Positions 27,001 to 39,806 of a DNA stretch of 64,000 bases are shown here, one piece after another (position 1 is the stretch's first letter; the number at the start of each line of letters is the position of its first letter). A model generated the notes under the pieces. It saw only the letters and a program-made list of their open reading frames with translations. It searched no databases and had not been told where the DNA came from. Origin of the DNA: the human T2T-CHM13v2.0 reference genome, Homo sapiens; the NCBI RefSeq assembly GCF_009914755.1, contig NC_060927.1. One strand, written 5' to 3'. The translations under genes were made by a program, and so were the position numbers.

Positions 27001-27653
27001 AAGAAAGTCTTAATACATTTTAGGTTTAACTATGATTACTAATATGCTGCAGCCTACCTTCTGGATCTTGAATGTCACAGTGAGAAAGATGTTGAAAACC
27101 AACTGACGACAGGGGCGGTGCACAACAGGTGACTGGAGTTCTGATAGCTGAGCCAAATGACAATGCTGAGAAAAAGGTGTTATGGAAGTTGGGATGAGGC
27201 GGCTGTCAGGAATCACAGCTCTTGGGCCCTTCCTAAGTCAAACTTCCTAGTCAAAAAGTGACTTCCTGCCCTTTATGGACAGAGACAGCCAGGCTCATCT
27301 CAAAGGCTTCAGGAGTATAGGCTGGAATAAGAATAGGACTGGCCTCATGGGGTTGTTGTGGGCATTAAACCAGTTAATATATATAAAGCAGGTAGAACAG
27401 GGCTGGGAAAAGAATAAGGGCTAGATGTGATCCTGTTATTATTTTTCTCCTATGTTATTTATGAGCCTCTAGAATTCTTGTGTTTCATACCAAACCCTGG
27501 CAATACCACACTGACTTGTAAATCTAAGTGCCATCCTTATTTAAATAATCATAGTAATAATAAAGCCTCTAAAATTGACTGTATCTTAGAATTAGGAAGC
27601 AAATACTCACACCATGATAGGATTCTTTGTTCTAATAAATAATGGATTCATTG

Positions 27654-27797
27654 TAGGGGTTCTTAACCTGTGGTTTAGGAACTGCCTGAAAATTTATGTA
27701 AATGTTTATGAAAACATGCATTTGTATATTTTTCTAGGTTGAGCTTTCATCAGATTTCCTAAGAGACCCCATGTCCCCAAAATAGGTTAAGAAATGT
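27654..27797. mobile_element. hAT-Charlie fossil (Charlie4z/MER113-like)
   Basis: TIR-like 'aggggttcttaacct' and 'aggttaagaaatg', with internal 'agctttcatcagattt'. Confidence 0.6.
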
Positions 27798-27982
27798 TAA
27801 GCTCTCCCAATTAAAATAGAATTCCATTTGAAAAAAAGAAAAAGGAAAAAATAAGACCAGCTCTTGGGCGAGGGAGGAGATATCCAGTCAGGCAATTTCC
27901 ACCCACTGTGGGCCTGACTGCTTTGTAGTTAATTCCATAGATAATGAAACAAAGCATTAAATATGGTTTCTGCTCTCAAAGA

Positions 27983-28472
27983 TGTTATCAGACAGCATCC
28001 TGGCAGGAAACAGATGGCACATTCAAATTAGGTAGTATGAGGAGAGGTTAATAAAAGGATTATTTACAAAAGTGTGGGCAGGATATTATAAACTACAAGG
28101 GGTAGTGTGATAGTCTGGGGCTAGACATAGTGGAATGAAGTGATCACCCCTAGGCCTAAAGGGGAGGGAATCATTAGGAAACCTGAAAATAAACTGGGCA
28201 TGGAGGCTTCCCTGATGGAAGTGTGACCTTCCTTTTGATGGAGAGGATCAGCTGCATTACAGTGATCCTACTGGGAGAGATCTGGGCGAATAAATACCCC
28301 AATTCCTCTCTCCTCTTCCTTCCGTGGCTTCAGTGTTCTCTGTTGCTGAACCCAGCCAGGAGAGGGCAGGCGAGAGAGCTCATTGATGGGGTCCATGTGG
28401 CCTCCAGGGCACAGAACTGGATGAAGAAGGGAAGGTGGATCTGGAGAGGCCAGTGGGTGCTGTCCGGTTCAG
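27983..28472 (-). mobile_element. ERVL solo LTR, LTR33-like
   Basis: 'cctggcaggaaacagatggcacattcaaa...atttacaaaagtgtgggcagg...aataaatacccc...gtggatctggagaggc'. Confidence 0.8.
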
Positions 28473-28769
28473 AGACCTTGGCAGCAGAAGGGGGCAGAGC
28501 TGAGTGGATAATGTGAGATTAACACATGAGGTCATCAGAGATGCAGACATGGTGCATACTTACATTCTCAGTGGGGTAGAGTCAATAGTGTTTCGACAGT
28601 TAGGAGATCAGGAGTGTGAACATTTTAGGGGATGCAAATCTTAGTAAATACAAAAACTTGTAATCCTCAGCTCCTGGAAACTGAGTGGCCATCTCAGTTT
28701 CCCCTGATGTCAGCATAGAGCTGAGCCCAGTTTAGTAAGTGTTTATCAAATTGATTTGATTCCTACCAC

Positions 28770-28855
28770 TTTTTTTTTTAACTTTTATTTCAAACTAATT
28801 ATGGGCTCCTAGGAAGCTGCAAAAGTCGCACAGAGAGTTCTGATGTACCCATACT
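28770..28855 (-). mobile_element. Short old L1M 3'-end fragment
   Basis: Poly-T followed by 'aacttttatttcaaactaatt...aagctgcaaaagtcgcacagagagttc'. Confidence 0.55.
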
Positions 28856-28974
28856 CTTTCATGAAAATACAGATAAGACAAAGCAGGAATAATGTCTGAC
28901 ACATTGTAGGTACTCCTTGTCAGTAGCTTCTATTGTCCACATAGCCGCAGAAAAATTACTAGCAAGGACTCTTA

Positions 28975-29190
28975 GGTCAGGTGGACCTAAGTTCAAACCT
29001 AGCTTCTTTTGTTAATTAGCTGTGATGATTTGGGAATGGTTAATCAATCCTTCTTGGTCTTAGGCTTCCCATTCTTTAAATAAGGATTATAAATACCCCA
29101 TAGGGAAGTGGTGTAGAATCAACAAAACATTGCATGCAAAGTGTCTAGTACACAGTATGTGCTCAATAATTGATGTTCTCATTATTAGAT
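28975..29190 (+). mobile_element. MIR
   Basis: 'gttcaaacctagc...tagctgtgatg...tgcaaagtgtctagtacacagtatgtgctcaataa'. Confidence 0.75.
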
Positions 29191-30369
29191 GGTAGGTTAA
29201 AGATAAGGACTGTATCTTTCTTCTGTCTCTGCAGCATCTAGCAACCCCTTGGTTCACCCAAGATGCTCAGTAAATTGTTGACAAATGAATGCATGTATTG
29301 GGGACTGGAACTTGAGGGAGCTAGTGTTCTTGAACTACTAATCAGGCACCAGATCAGCTGGGCCTGGTGTGTTGAAGCTTGGAGCTGCCAGGAGCCCTTT
29401 CTCTTGGAGTGCCATTCATCACCCCTGACTTCTGCATGCCGACACAGTGAGTGATGCATCGTGGAGCCCCTTGTCACATGTCGGAAGACCACTCTCCAAT
29501 CCCACTCTCATGTAAATGCAACTGGAACCCCATTCATCAAGGGGACACAGCGTTGTCCTGGAAAGTAAACTGCCTGATGTACAGTGAACACAAATTCTGT
29601 CTGCAGCATACTGAACAGCTTTAGCAAAGTGCTAGTGGGATGGATACCCACTTTGTCCTGCTGACATTCAGGAGATAAAACTCCTGCATGTTGCAATGTG
29701 ACAGCCTCTAACACTGGTTTCTAAACTTGGAGGAGGGCTGGGGGCAGAGTGGGAGCTTCATGGTCCTAGAGATCCGGTGAGGCTCTAGCTTCATTCTGCA
29801 CCGTGTGAATTTGGAAAGTTCCATGACCTCTGTGAGTTGCCTCCTTTGCCTTGTGGGAATGGCAGTAGCAAACTCAGTGGTGGCAAAAATTACAGTGCTC
29901 AGGGAGCCCTCTGCAATCACATTGGAAAGAAGCTGTTGTAACATGCACACAGCTGTTAGCTTAAGAACATGTTATGGGAACCTTCACTGATCCTCAGAGC
30001 AGGTACTAAATGCACATTCCGGGAAACCCTCCTGGAAGTTTTGCCTGAGGAAATGGACATCATGCCTTTAGGGAAGTTTGACTGGGGGACAGTGAAGGAA
30101 CATTCATGCTTTTCCTCATTAATTCTCTCAGTGAACATTTACAGTTACAAACTGTATGGCAGGGAAAGATGCAAATACAAGAGCCCCTGCTGCTTAGAGG
30201 CTCACATTCTTCTAATGGCAAAGAAAACATGAAACTAATTTAATGTGCAGCATTGAGATGAGTACTTTACTGGGAGAAGCACAGGGGACTTGGAGGAAGG
30301 ATGAGGCTCCTGACCCAGCCTGAAGGGTCCTGGAGGCCTTCTCAGGGGAAGAAAGAGGTGGCTATGTTT

Positions 30370-31260
30370 TCCTGTGTGTATATTCCTGTGATATATTTTG
30401 CGTCTTTGTTTTCTAGAAGTCTTGACATTTGCAATTTTGTAACCCAATTCAGAGCAATGCTTGGACCCTGTGTTTAACTGGCTTCAGCACTGACAACCCT
30501 TTACACCATAGTTTCCTGTTCCTGAGCTCTTAATTTTGCTTCTCTTTGATTTCATTGGACTGAGTTTCTCCCCCTGGACCCCTTTCAATAACAGCGCCAG
30601 GAAAAACATACCAGGGCCATGTTTTCTGAGTGTTTAAAGATTGAAGATGATCCTTCAATGGCCTTCAGAAATGAAGAACTTTCTTGTCATACTTCCATTG
30701 GATCTTAACCACTTTGTCCCTCAAAACCTGATATATCTGTGTCATGGCATTTAGTGTATTAAAAAAAAAAATCCGGGCTTTATTTCTTTGGCAGCAAACC
30801 CATTTTATAATTTCTAATCTCTGCTTGGGTTCTTATGATACCATTTTAAAAATTCTTTCAAATCCAAAATTTTGAAGAAGGTTGCAAAGAATGAGTTTCT
30901 TTATGATTTTTTTTTAATGCAATGATTCTCTAAGGTCATTTTTTGGCTCAGCAAATTTCTTTTTATGCTTTGTTGCTTCTACAGAACATGCTCTGTATTC
31001 TTGCTTTCTTCTGAAATACAAATTATGCGTGTGTTGAACATTTGCAATCTTCTGTATTTATCATTTTCTCTATCATGACTTTTATATTTATGTCCCTTTC
31101 TATAGTATTCTGACAGAGGTTGTCAAGTTCGTAGTTCACATTTAGAATGAATATCCACAGCCCCTTGGTGGCAACAGGCAGACCTACTTCGGCTGATTTC
31201 TAGCCTGATTTTAACTACTTCTAGAGTGGTCTATAATTCTGCTTCTACTTGAAAATGGTA
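30370..31260 (-). mobile_element. Probable ancient L1M/HAL1 fragment
   Basis: Long T-rich, strand-biased tract typical of antisense old L1. No diagnostic motif was verified. Confidence 0.35.
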
Positions 31261-32089
31261 GTTGTGTGAGAGGAGGTGGGACAGTCAGGTGGCTGAATCA
31301 TGAGAGGCCTCATATCCTGATAGTGATGGGGAGCTTCCCACGACTTTTCAGCAAAGCATGGCACAGACAGCTTTGTGCTTTAGGGAGCTCACTCTGGCAG
31401 CTGTGTAGAGGAGAATGGATTGGAAGAAAAGATACAGAGGGGAGAATGCTAGCACCGAGAGCGGGCTAAAACTGTCCCACAATTGACCAGTATCTTATCT
31501 GAACTGGCTGGCAGATGGGGAATTAATGTAGACACAAACAGTGACGTTTAAAACGTTGAAGACTAAATAGATCATTGCAGCTATACTTGTGTGTGATTTA
31601 AAAGCAGGTGATACAACAACCCCCAAAGTAATAAGCTTCTCTCAGAGATGAATTAGGATTCAGTCTGGCAATTACATTAAGGTTTCTGATAGATAGCTCA
31701 CATGGAGAACTGCAATTATGATACATATCGCTATTCTGCATGGCAGGCTCACATAACTCATGTTGGTTTGAAGTTTAACAGGAGGAAAAAGTGTAAAAGA
31801 CTCCTGACTTTAAGGGGAAATGCCTTCCTCTGATTTCTATGATTTTACTGATAGCACTTAAATAATTATTTTTTTGTGTGTTTGAAGGTGAATAATAAAT
31901 ACATCCATATGCACCTTCCTTCTTATTTTTTCAAGCTAATGCAAGTAACCTCACTTAGAATGCATACATCTTCCAAAAATATTTTGTAAACCAACTTAGT
32001 CTCCCCATGCAGGATAAGAAAATAAGACAATTCTCCTGCCCTACAAGATGCAAAGGAAAGAAGGGGTGAGGCAGGAGAAAGTACATGGA

Positions 32090-32270
32090 CCACGGGCTTT
32101 AGTGGACCCAATTTTTTGTCCAGGCTCTGCCACTTTCCAGAAATGAGGAGTTGTTTAGTATGTCTTGGGGTCAGTTTTCTGCCTGAAAGTTGAATGTAGT
32201 AGAGGTGTCATGAGGATTAAATGAGATGACATGTGAAAGTCTAGCACAAAATAGGTGCTCTAGGGAAGTG
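32090..32270 (+). mobile_element. MIR
   Basis: 'ggctctgccactt...tcagttttct...tgaggattaaatgagatgacatgtgaaagtctagcaca'. Confidence 0.75.
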
Positions 32271-32577
32271 AATTCTTTTAAAACAGTTTTATACTTCTTA
32301 AAGTTTAAATACATCGTTAGTAGCAAAGGGAATGCAAAACAGTTCTTGCAAAAGCAACTCAACTAATATCCACAGCTAGTGAATAATCACTTCCTTGTAA
32401 TTACATCTGTGTTCTTGTGAAAAGAGCAAAATTTACCCCTTACTCCATCCCAGGGATTTGTTTTGTCTAAGATATTGTATTGAAATATGTTTTCAATGTC
32501 TTTGGAAAATGTCTTCATTTTAAAGGATTTTTAAATGGAGATGGGGATATGCTCATAGAATGTTTGCTAAAAATATT

Positions 32578-32981
32578 TCTATAAAGGAATACCCAAGACT
32601 GGATAATTTATTTTTTTTAAAAAAGAGGTTTATTTGCCTCGTTGTTCAGCAGGCTACACAAGCATGGCACCAGCATCTGTTCAGCTTCTGCAGAGGCCTC
32701 AGAAAGCTTTTGCTCATAGCAGAAGTCGAAGTGGGTGTAGACATGTCACATGGTGGGAAAGGGACCAAGAGAGAGGGAGGGGTGCCAGGCTCCTTTAAAC
32801 AACCAGCTTTCTTGTAAACTAACAGAGCTAGAACTCACTCATTACCATGTAGAGGGGACCAAGCCATTCGTGAGGGATCCGCCTCCATGACCCAAACACC
32901 TCCCATCAGGTCCCCACCTCCAACATTGGGGATCACATTTCAACATGAGATTTGGAGAGGATAAATATCCAAACCATATCA
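32578..32981 (-). mobile_element. MaLR solo LTR, MSTB-like (one end clipped)
   Basis: 'ataaaggaatacccaagactgg...ccatgacccaaacacctccc...caacatgagatttggagagg...aaaccatatca'. Confidence 0.9.
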
Positions 32982-33373
32982 GCATCTCCTTATTGACTTT
33001 GAAACTACACAGAGGCCTGATTTTGCAGTAGAATTACAGTAAGTTTCTCCATGCTCAGGTTACTTGTGTTTGTACCTAAGGTGTCTCCAGAGAAACCTGG
33101 AAGCAGTTGGCACTTAGTAAATCCATAACCAGGGACTGGGTGGAAGCATGCAAGATAGTTTTGGGAAGGCCCAGGTTCCTCCCACAACATCTGAAGGTCA
33201 ACTCCTGAATAATTGCAGAGGTGGGGGGGCCAGGAGGCTGCCCTCGTTGCCAGATTTAAGAGCATTCACAGGTAGTGTTGTTGGGAGGTCAACCGCATTA
33301 CATAGTACTGGAATAGCTTGGGAGGCAGGACTAAAGATACTTCATGCAAGGTACTCAATGCAGTGCAGCAAAA

Positions 33374-33513
33374 CCAAAAATATTTTGTAAACCAACTTAG
33401 TCTCCCCATGCAGGTTAAGAAACCAAAACAGTTCTCCTGCCCTGAGCAGTAGCCTGAGCATGGAGAAACTTGCTGTAATTCTACTGCAGAATCAGGCCTC
33501 TGTGTAGTTTCAA
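33374..33513. repeat. Composite local duplication: direct copy of 31973-32042 plus inverted copy of 32999-33064
   Basis: 65/70 identity for the direct part and 63/66 for the reverse-complement part, aligned by hand. Confidence 0.92.
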
Positions 33514-34685
33514 TGTTACTATTCTCTATGGAAATAAGAGAGTAGTAACTGTCTTCCTTACCTAAATAGCCACAGCCTGTCTTGTGGGCAATAGTCACAT
33601 CTGGCTGCAGTTTGGACCTTGAGAAGTCAGAGCTTGGATGGAATATCTCCTCCCTCCCATCCATGATCCTTGGGAAACTGTTTGTACTTAGAGTCCAGTG
33701 AGTGACTGACTTGAAATTAGAGCTAATTCTCACCTGGCTTGGAGTCCCAATTCCATCGTTTACTTGTGGGATCTCCTCTAAATCTGTTTCCTCATTTATC
33801 AATTTATCATATAGTTGTAAGCACTGAAGATGCCTTTATCCCTCCTCTCCCCCTATGTGCTCATTCTCTAAGCTGAATATTTTCCTTCTGGACATAGAAG
33901 AAATCTTTCCACTGCAGTTAGAACTCTCTGCTGCCAGAGTCTGTCTATCCCTTGCTTGTCTGATTCTCTGCTCTCCAGGTGACATCAGACAGAACAACTC
34001 CTCTCTACACATTAGGACTAATCTCCAACCCCCACCCCACCCATCTGGCCTCCTGGGAAGAGCAACCATGCGTGGGGCTCATAAGGCCCTCCAAGCAGTC
34101 TACAGAACTAAATTAAGATGTTACCCATAAAATAATGTTTCCATAGAAACTCAGCCCGTGCCAAAGCTGAAAAATTTTGGGTTTTAATCTGGCCTCTTTG
34201 GACATAGGGAGTTACCACATGGTTATCAGCTTAGGAGAGGATAACTTGATATTTTCTGAGTGTCCAATTTACAGATTTCTCTCAACACAGCATAGAGGCC
34301 ACCAGGCAATACACTGTACAACGGCGATCATCAGTGTGAAGCTGGGCTGGGGGAAGGAGAGGGTGGAGGGAGCAGCTGTCACTTAGTGCCTAAGATGCAT
34401 GAGCTGTCATTCCACTAATCCATCGGGGAACATCATATTCATCAAGAGCTTCAAAATACATGCAACTACCCCCTAAATGATGGCTTGTGAAGAATTACCT
34501 AAGCTGGCTTGTTAAAAGAAGGTTGGAAAGGTGACTATATGAACATTTTAGAATATAGAGCACATGGAATTCCTTGCCCCAGGATATTGTTCACTTTGCA
34601 AACAAAAATATCTTCAAACAAGATTTACCTAGTGTTTTCAAGAGGATGTTTCACATAACAATAGTCCAGGGTGATGCCTCTCAAA

Positions 34686-34688
<3 letters not shown>

Positions 34689-34758
<70 letters not shown>
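34689..34758. repeat. (AC)15(AT)20 compound microsatellite
   Basis: Direct reading. Confidence 0.97.
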
Positions 34759-34765
<7 letters not shown>

Positions 34766-35864
34766 GCTGGGTATTACAGTCATCCTATGGAATTATACAA
34801 TACACATTTGCATATCAAAGACTTTCATATCTTAGTAAAGATACCTGTTTAATTTTGTTTCCTTCTGTGTTTCCCAAATGTATTGATTCTGGAATTCTTT
34901 TGATGTCCCAAATAACACCCTCTCCCTCTGTTGTGGTTGACACTTTGGGAAGCTCTGGCAAGTTTCTATCACACTTTTTCTCAGTGTAATCCTTGTGATT
35001 ATCTCCAGCAGTAGAATCTTGAGCTAAATGGAGAATAAAGTTGATTCAATATGTCATTTCTGTTGTGTTTATATTCTCGTAGTCTCTACAAACAAACTAG
35101 TTTGGATAGAAGAAATCCATGAGCAACTAAACTTCTAGGAATGTCAAGGAAAAGCTGCTGAAGGAGGAAACTGAGAACGGATATTACAGAGCCATTTGGA
35201 CAGCTCATGGCAGTCTGCCTTTCATATGCTGAGAGAGGATCTATAGTGGAGCACACAATAACACGAGGAACAATAGCATTGGCTCTTTGAGAAATAGGGA
35301 CACTAGTCTGGTGGAAACATTTTGTAAACTGAGATCGGAGTATATGGCTCAACTATAATTTTTTTGCAGGGTACCTTTGTTATGAGAGTCTTTTCCTGTC
35401 CAGATCCCCTCCATTTTAGGAATCTGGCTTAAACTCTAATCTCTAAAATCTTGTAACCCCAAACTAAGTTATATTTCTGCTGTTTGTCTCGAGAGCATTG
35501 GTGAATGCAGATATATGCTTAGGAGATTTAGATCTCTATCTTGGAGCATTAATATGAGTAAGTCATTATTTATCTTGGACTTAAGAAGATTTGAAGATTT
35601 CAGATCCAGAAAGGCAGAGTGAGGGTCACTTTCATTCTTAATGAGCAGTTCCTTCAGAGCTTATTAAATAGAGTGAGGCTGATTATGCCTATCAGCCACA
35701 GCTGCCCTGAAATGATTTGGATGGATAGCAGTGCTCTAATAATTGAAAATATCTATCACCCTTGGTCATTGTTCCCCTAGAGGATCTTGGATTCCTATTG
35801 ATGAGCATAGGCAAATCTCCCCCTTAATTCTTGCGATATTTGTAGCTGGCACTAATGTGGTTTT

Positions 35865-36390
35865 GTAGTTAGAGGATAGGCTGTAAAATTAGGCAAACTT
35901 AACTCCACCTCTTAATAGCTGTGTCCTAGAGAAAGTTACTTAAGCTTTCTGAACTTTAAGAGCTATATCTGTAAAATGGACACAATGGTATTTCTCTTGT
36001 AGGAATTGTCCTACGGATTAAGATGAAAATTAGTATTGTGCTTTGTCAATGAGAGCTGTGACATTCAATATACAGTCACTATTTTTGTTGCTACTATTTT
36101 TATTATGCGGTCTGTGGTAATGTTCCCTGATTTTAATCCAGGTGGATACTTGACCCAAAGTGTTTCAAAGAACACAGGTTTTGGGTCAAAGGTACTTGAG
36201 CTGGAATCTTGATGCTGTTTTTATTAACCATCCATGTGACTTCAGAAGAATCACTGGCATCTCTAAGCTTTAGCTTCTTCACCTGTAAAAGATGGTGACT
36301 CTCAATTGCCTTGCAGAGTTGTTGTGAGAATTGGATGGGAAAACCCAATGAACCCTGAGCATTGTCCTGGCAGGGAGCAGGAGATCAATG
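35865..36390 (+). mobile_element. Two adjacent MIR fragments
   Basis: Cores 'aagttacttaagctttctgaac...tctgtaaaatgg' and 'ctctaagctttagcttcttcacctgtaaaa'. Confidence 0.65.
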
Positions 36391-37269
36391 AATGGCAGCT
36401 CCTCTTGGCTGTGAGGAGGGGGTGATGTGGATGGATGGGGAAAGAATAGCTGAGTTTAACCTCAGGTATGACTGTGGAGAATGGGTGGCAGAGAATACAG
36501 CAGGTCACTGAAGAGATGGCTGAAGTCAGTTTATAAATGAAATGGCTATAACATGTGGGACTATTTGATACTGTATGGTTATTTTATCACAATTGTAGCC
36601 TGCTGCCTCTAGATTATATTGGAGGTTGAAGCTATATTTATTCAACAAGTATTTATTAACTACTAACCATGTGCTAGGACCTGGGCTTGGTACTGGAGTT
36701 GCCAATTGATTTATTATGAAGAGAGAACCATTGGTGAGGGATACTCCTGTTATCAGGAACAAAGAGAATTCTATCTTTCTCCTGCCCCAGCCCCAGAAGG
36801 GCTCAGGATCCCAATGATACAAAATCGCTGAAGCTGGGGGCTGGGGACTTTTGCAAATATCAAATTGCTGGAGTTACAAATATAGGATTCTTTTGATATA
36901 ATATACATTCCTCACACATGCTGTTTCTTGCCTGGAAAGTTCTTGCCAACCCGCATCATTCTTATACATCCTGAGCATAGATCAAGGATCACCTCCTCCA
37001 TGAAGCCTTCTTGGACCACAAACTAGACTAGGTTCCTGTCCTCTGCAACCCATAGTTCTCGCTCTGTGCTTATTTCCCACTAGATTAGCACATATCACTT
37101 CGTGTCCTCTAGTCATGAATGTCTTCATCCTAGACCCCAAGCTCTTGATGGCAAAGACTGTGTCTAGCCCAGGGATTGTCATGTGTTAGGGGTAGTAATG
37201 ACGAGATTTGAATGTGTTTGGCATTGCATACTTACAAATCACAAAGAAACGCAATAATAGTAACTGTTC

Positions 37270-37530
37270 TTATGACTATGCTAATATTTACATAATGCTT
37301 TGCCGTTTACAAAGCACTGTCTCAGCCTTTCCTCACTTAATTCTCGCCCAGCCCCATGAGGCAGACAACATCGGTAGAGCAGAGACTGCTTCCCTATTCC
37401 TCTGTCTTTCAGATGAGGAAGACATGTCAGAATGATTGTGTGAGTTGTGCAGGGTTAAGCAGCATCAGGGTTTGAATTTAAACCCAGGTCCATGTGATTC
37501 CAAACGCTTTCGCCTTCCCTATTACAATAG
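37270..37530 (-). mobile_element. MIR
   Basis: 'gctaatatttacataatgctttgccgtttacaaagcact...cagatgaggaagac...atttaaacccaggtc'. Confidence 0.7.
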
Positions 37531-38504
37531 GACTTTTGTGGGCTTGCTTGCTGTTTTAACAGAAGTCTTAAGGAAAGAGTAACATGCACAGAACCATACG
37601 ACATACACATATTCACGTGCAGAACCATAGTGGTCAGTGCAGCATGGAAGGGTCTTTAGTAAGGAGTCTCCTTTCCCTAAATTACACTTACCCTTGCTTA
37701 AAGGTAAATGTCATTTGAGACGTGACATCTCTCCACAAGACCAAAAAGCTAACAGTACAATAGAGTTTGAGCTGTGAATATTAAAAGTACCCCAAATGAC
37801 AGCAGATTTCTCCTGTGGCTCATGTGCTCAGAAGAAGGACCAAGTACCTTGCAGAAAGAGACAGGGACAGCTTAAAAAGGGGGGGAAGAACAACTTTGCT
37901 GCCCTCACAGCTCTGCTGTCCATGGATCTTTTTCTGTGTCTGTTTACCTTCTGCTTTTTACCTGCTGAACCAGGGCCAGCAAAGTAGGAGCTCCATCCAG
38001 CCACCAGGCCAGTGCTTAGGGAAAAGCATCCTTCCTGGGTTGGAGTCCACCTGAGGTAAGTGCATATTCCAGGGGTCTGGAGGTAGCACAGTTGGCAAGG
38101 AGTTTAATAATGGGGCTGTGGAAAGCCAGGTAGATGTGGGAACTGCAGCCTGACCTCAAATCTGAAGGACAAACTCATCAAGAATTAGAAGACATGTCAA
38201 CATCTTATCTTGGAGTTTTGTGGCCCCGGAAAGCACATGGACACTCCCTTACTGGGTTTTGCTTTGAGCTATTTTTCATGCCTGAGTTACCCCCTACTCT
38301 CACCAAAGTCAATACGACCTCTGAGGTTCTCCTCTGCTCCTGGTTGAGCCAGGCCTTCTAGAAAAGAGGGAGAAATGTACAAAGTGAGTGGTAGAAGATG
38401 AGCCCCTTTCTAGTGTTGAGCTATTTTGTTGTGATGTCTCCAAATCAAGCTCCATTTTTAAGAGGCAGTGTCGGCATTTTCTCACATTCTTTCTCCAAGA
38501 AAGG

Positions 38505-38735
38505 CAGTGAAGTGCAGTGGAAAGAATATGGTATTTAGAACAGAGAAAGATCCAGGTCCAACTCCAGCTTCGTAATTTACTATCAATGTGATATTGAGCA
38601 AATTAATTATTTCTGTCACCTGGACTTTGTTTTTTATAAAAATGTGAGCAATTGCACCTCTCTGGCAGCATGATTGCTAAAAATGAGGGATGATGTCAAG
38701 TGCCTAGCACATGGTAGGTGCACAGTATTTGGCGG
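38505..38735 (+). mobile_element. MIR
   Basis: 'gcagtggaaagaatatgg...tgtgatattgagcaaatta...aagtgcctagcacatggtagg'. Confidence 0.7.
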
Positions 38736-39052
38736 CATTCTAGGCAGAAGGGAGAGAGAGCATGTTGCAGTAGAGTGAACTTGCATTGTAGAGAACCAGG
38801 GCCAGGGATCCAGTCTCAGCTCAGTTCCTGGCCTCCTAAGCTACTAAGCATCTCTTGGCATCTCAGATGGCAATCTTTTTAATTCACAAAATTGAAATCA
38901 TAATATTTTCCCTTCCTTTCTCTGAAGGTTTTGATGAAGTCTAAGTGACTGAGCTAATGAGCCAGCTTCACACCTCTGCAATGAGAATGGCTGGGGCTGG
39001 GCTGTCCTGCCTGCCTGAGGGTCCACCGCATTGCAGGTGAATCCACATGGTT

Positions 39053-39228
39053 CAATAGTTCACAGCCTTGGGCTGCATATTGGAATCATCTGAGGAGCTT
39101 TAAAAACTCTTCCTTCCTGCATCTCACCTCTGCAGAGGTGCTGATGTCATCTGAGGTGCAACCTAGGCGTCTGGATTTTTCAAAGCTCCCCAGCTGGTTC
39201 CAATGTGCAGCCAGGGTGAAAACCGCTG
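39053..39228. mobile_element. MER5A1-like hAT-Charlie MITE
   Basis: Palindromic arms 'ggctgcatattggaatcatctgaggagcttt' and 'aaagctccccagctggttccaatgtgcagcc'. Confidence 0.8.
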
Positions 39229-39584
39229 CTTCAGGGGCAAGCAGAGCTAAAGAAATATATGCGGCAGCCCATATTTAATTCGATCCGACTCTACCAGTGT
39301 ATATTGAATGCCTGCTTTTAAGATGAGTTCATTACTCTGTGTAACAGCAACCACTCACATTCTTATTGGACTAGATTGAATCAGATGTGTTTTTGGCTTA
39401 TACTTAAGTCAGTGAACTACACTTCTTTGTCCAGTGATGTGTCCCAAATGATCTTGGTTATATCACGACTTGCCTGGACACTGGACACTTCTTCAGTTCT
39501 ATATCTGAAACCCAGTGCAGATGAAGGTCATTTCTTTGTCTCTGAATTTGGAAAGAGGGAACAGTGGCATGTACTTAGAGCCTA

Positions 39585-39779
39585 CAGAGGGGTCTCAAAC
39601 TTTAGATGCATCAACATCATTCAGAGGCCTTGTTAAAATGCAGGTTTTCTGGGCACCAGCCTCAGGTTTTTTGACTCAGTGTGTTTGAGGAAAGGCAGAT
39701 AATGTGCATTTGTAGCAAGTTTCCAGGTGATGCTGATGCTGATGCTGATGGTCCAGGGGCCACCGTTTGAGAACCTCTG
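39585..39779 (-). mobile_element. MER5A hAT-Charlie MITE
   Basis: TIRs 'cagaggggtctcaaac' and 'gtttgagaacctctg', with 'ccaggtgatgctgatgctg'. Confidence 0.85.
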
Positions 39780-39806
39780 TCTAGGCAGCCTACATCCTTT
39801 TATTGT

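Noticed and set aside
33266-33802. Longest ORF (178 aa, minus strand)
   Set aside because: It has a non-ATG start inside MIR-like sequence, crosses the composite duplication and shows no recognisable domain.
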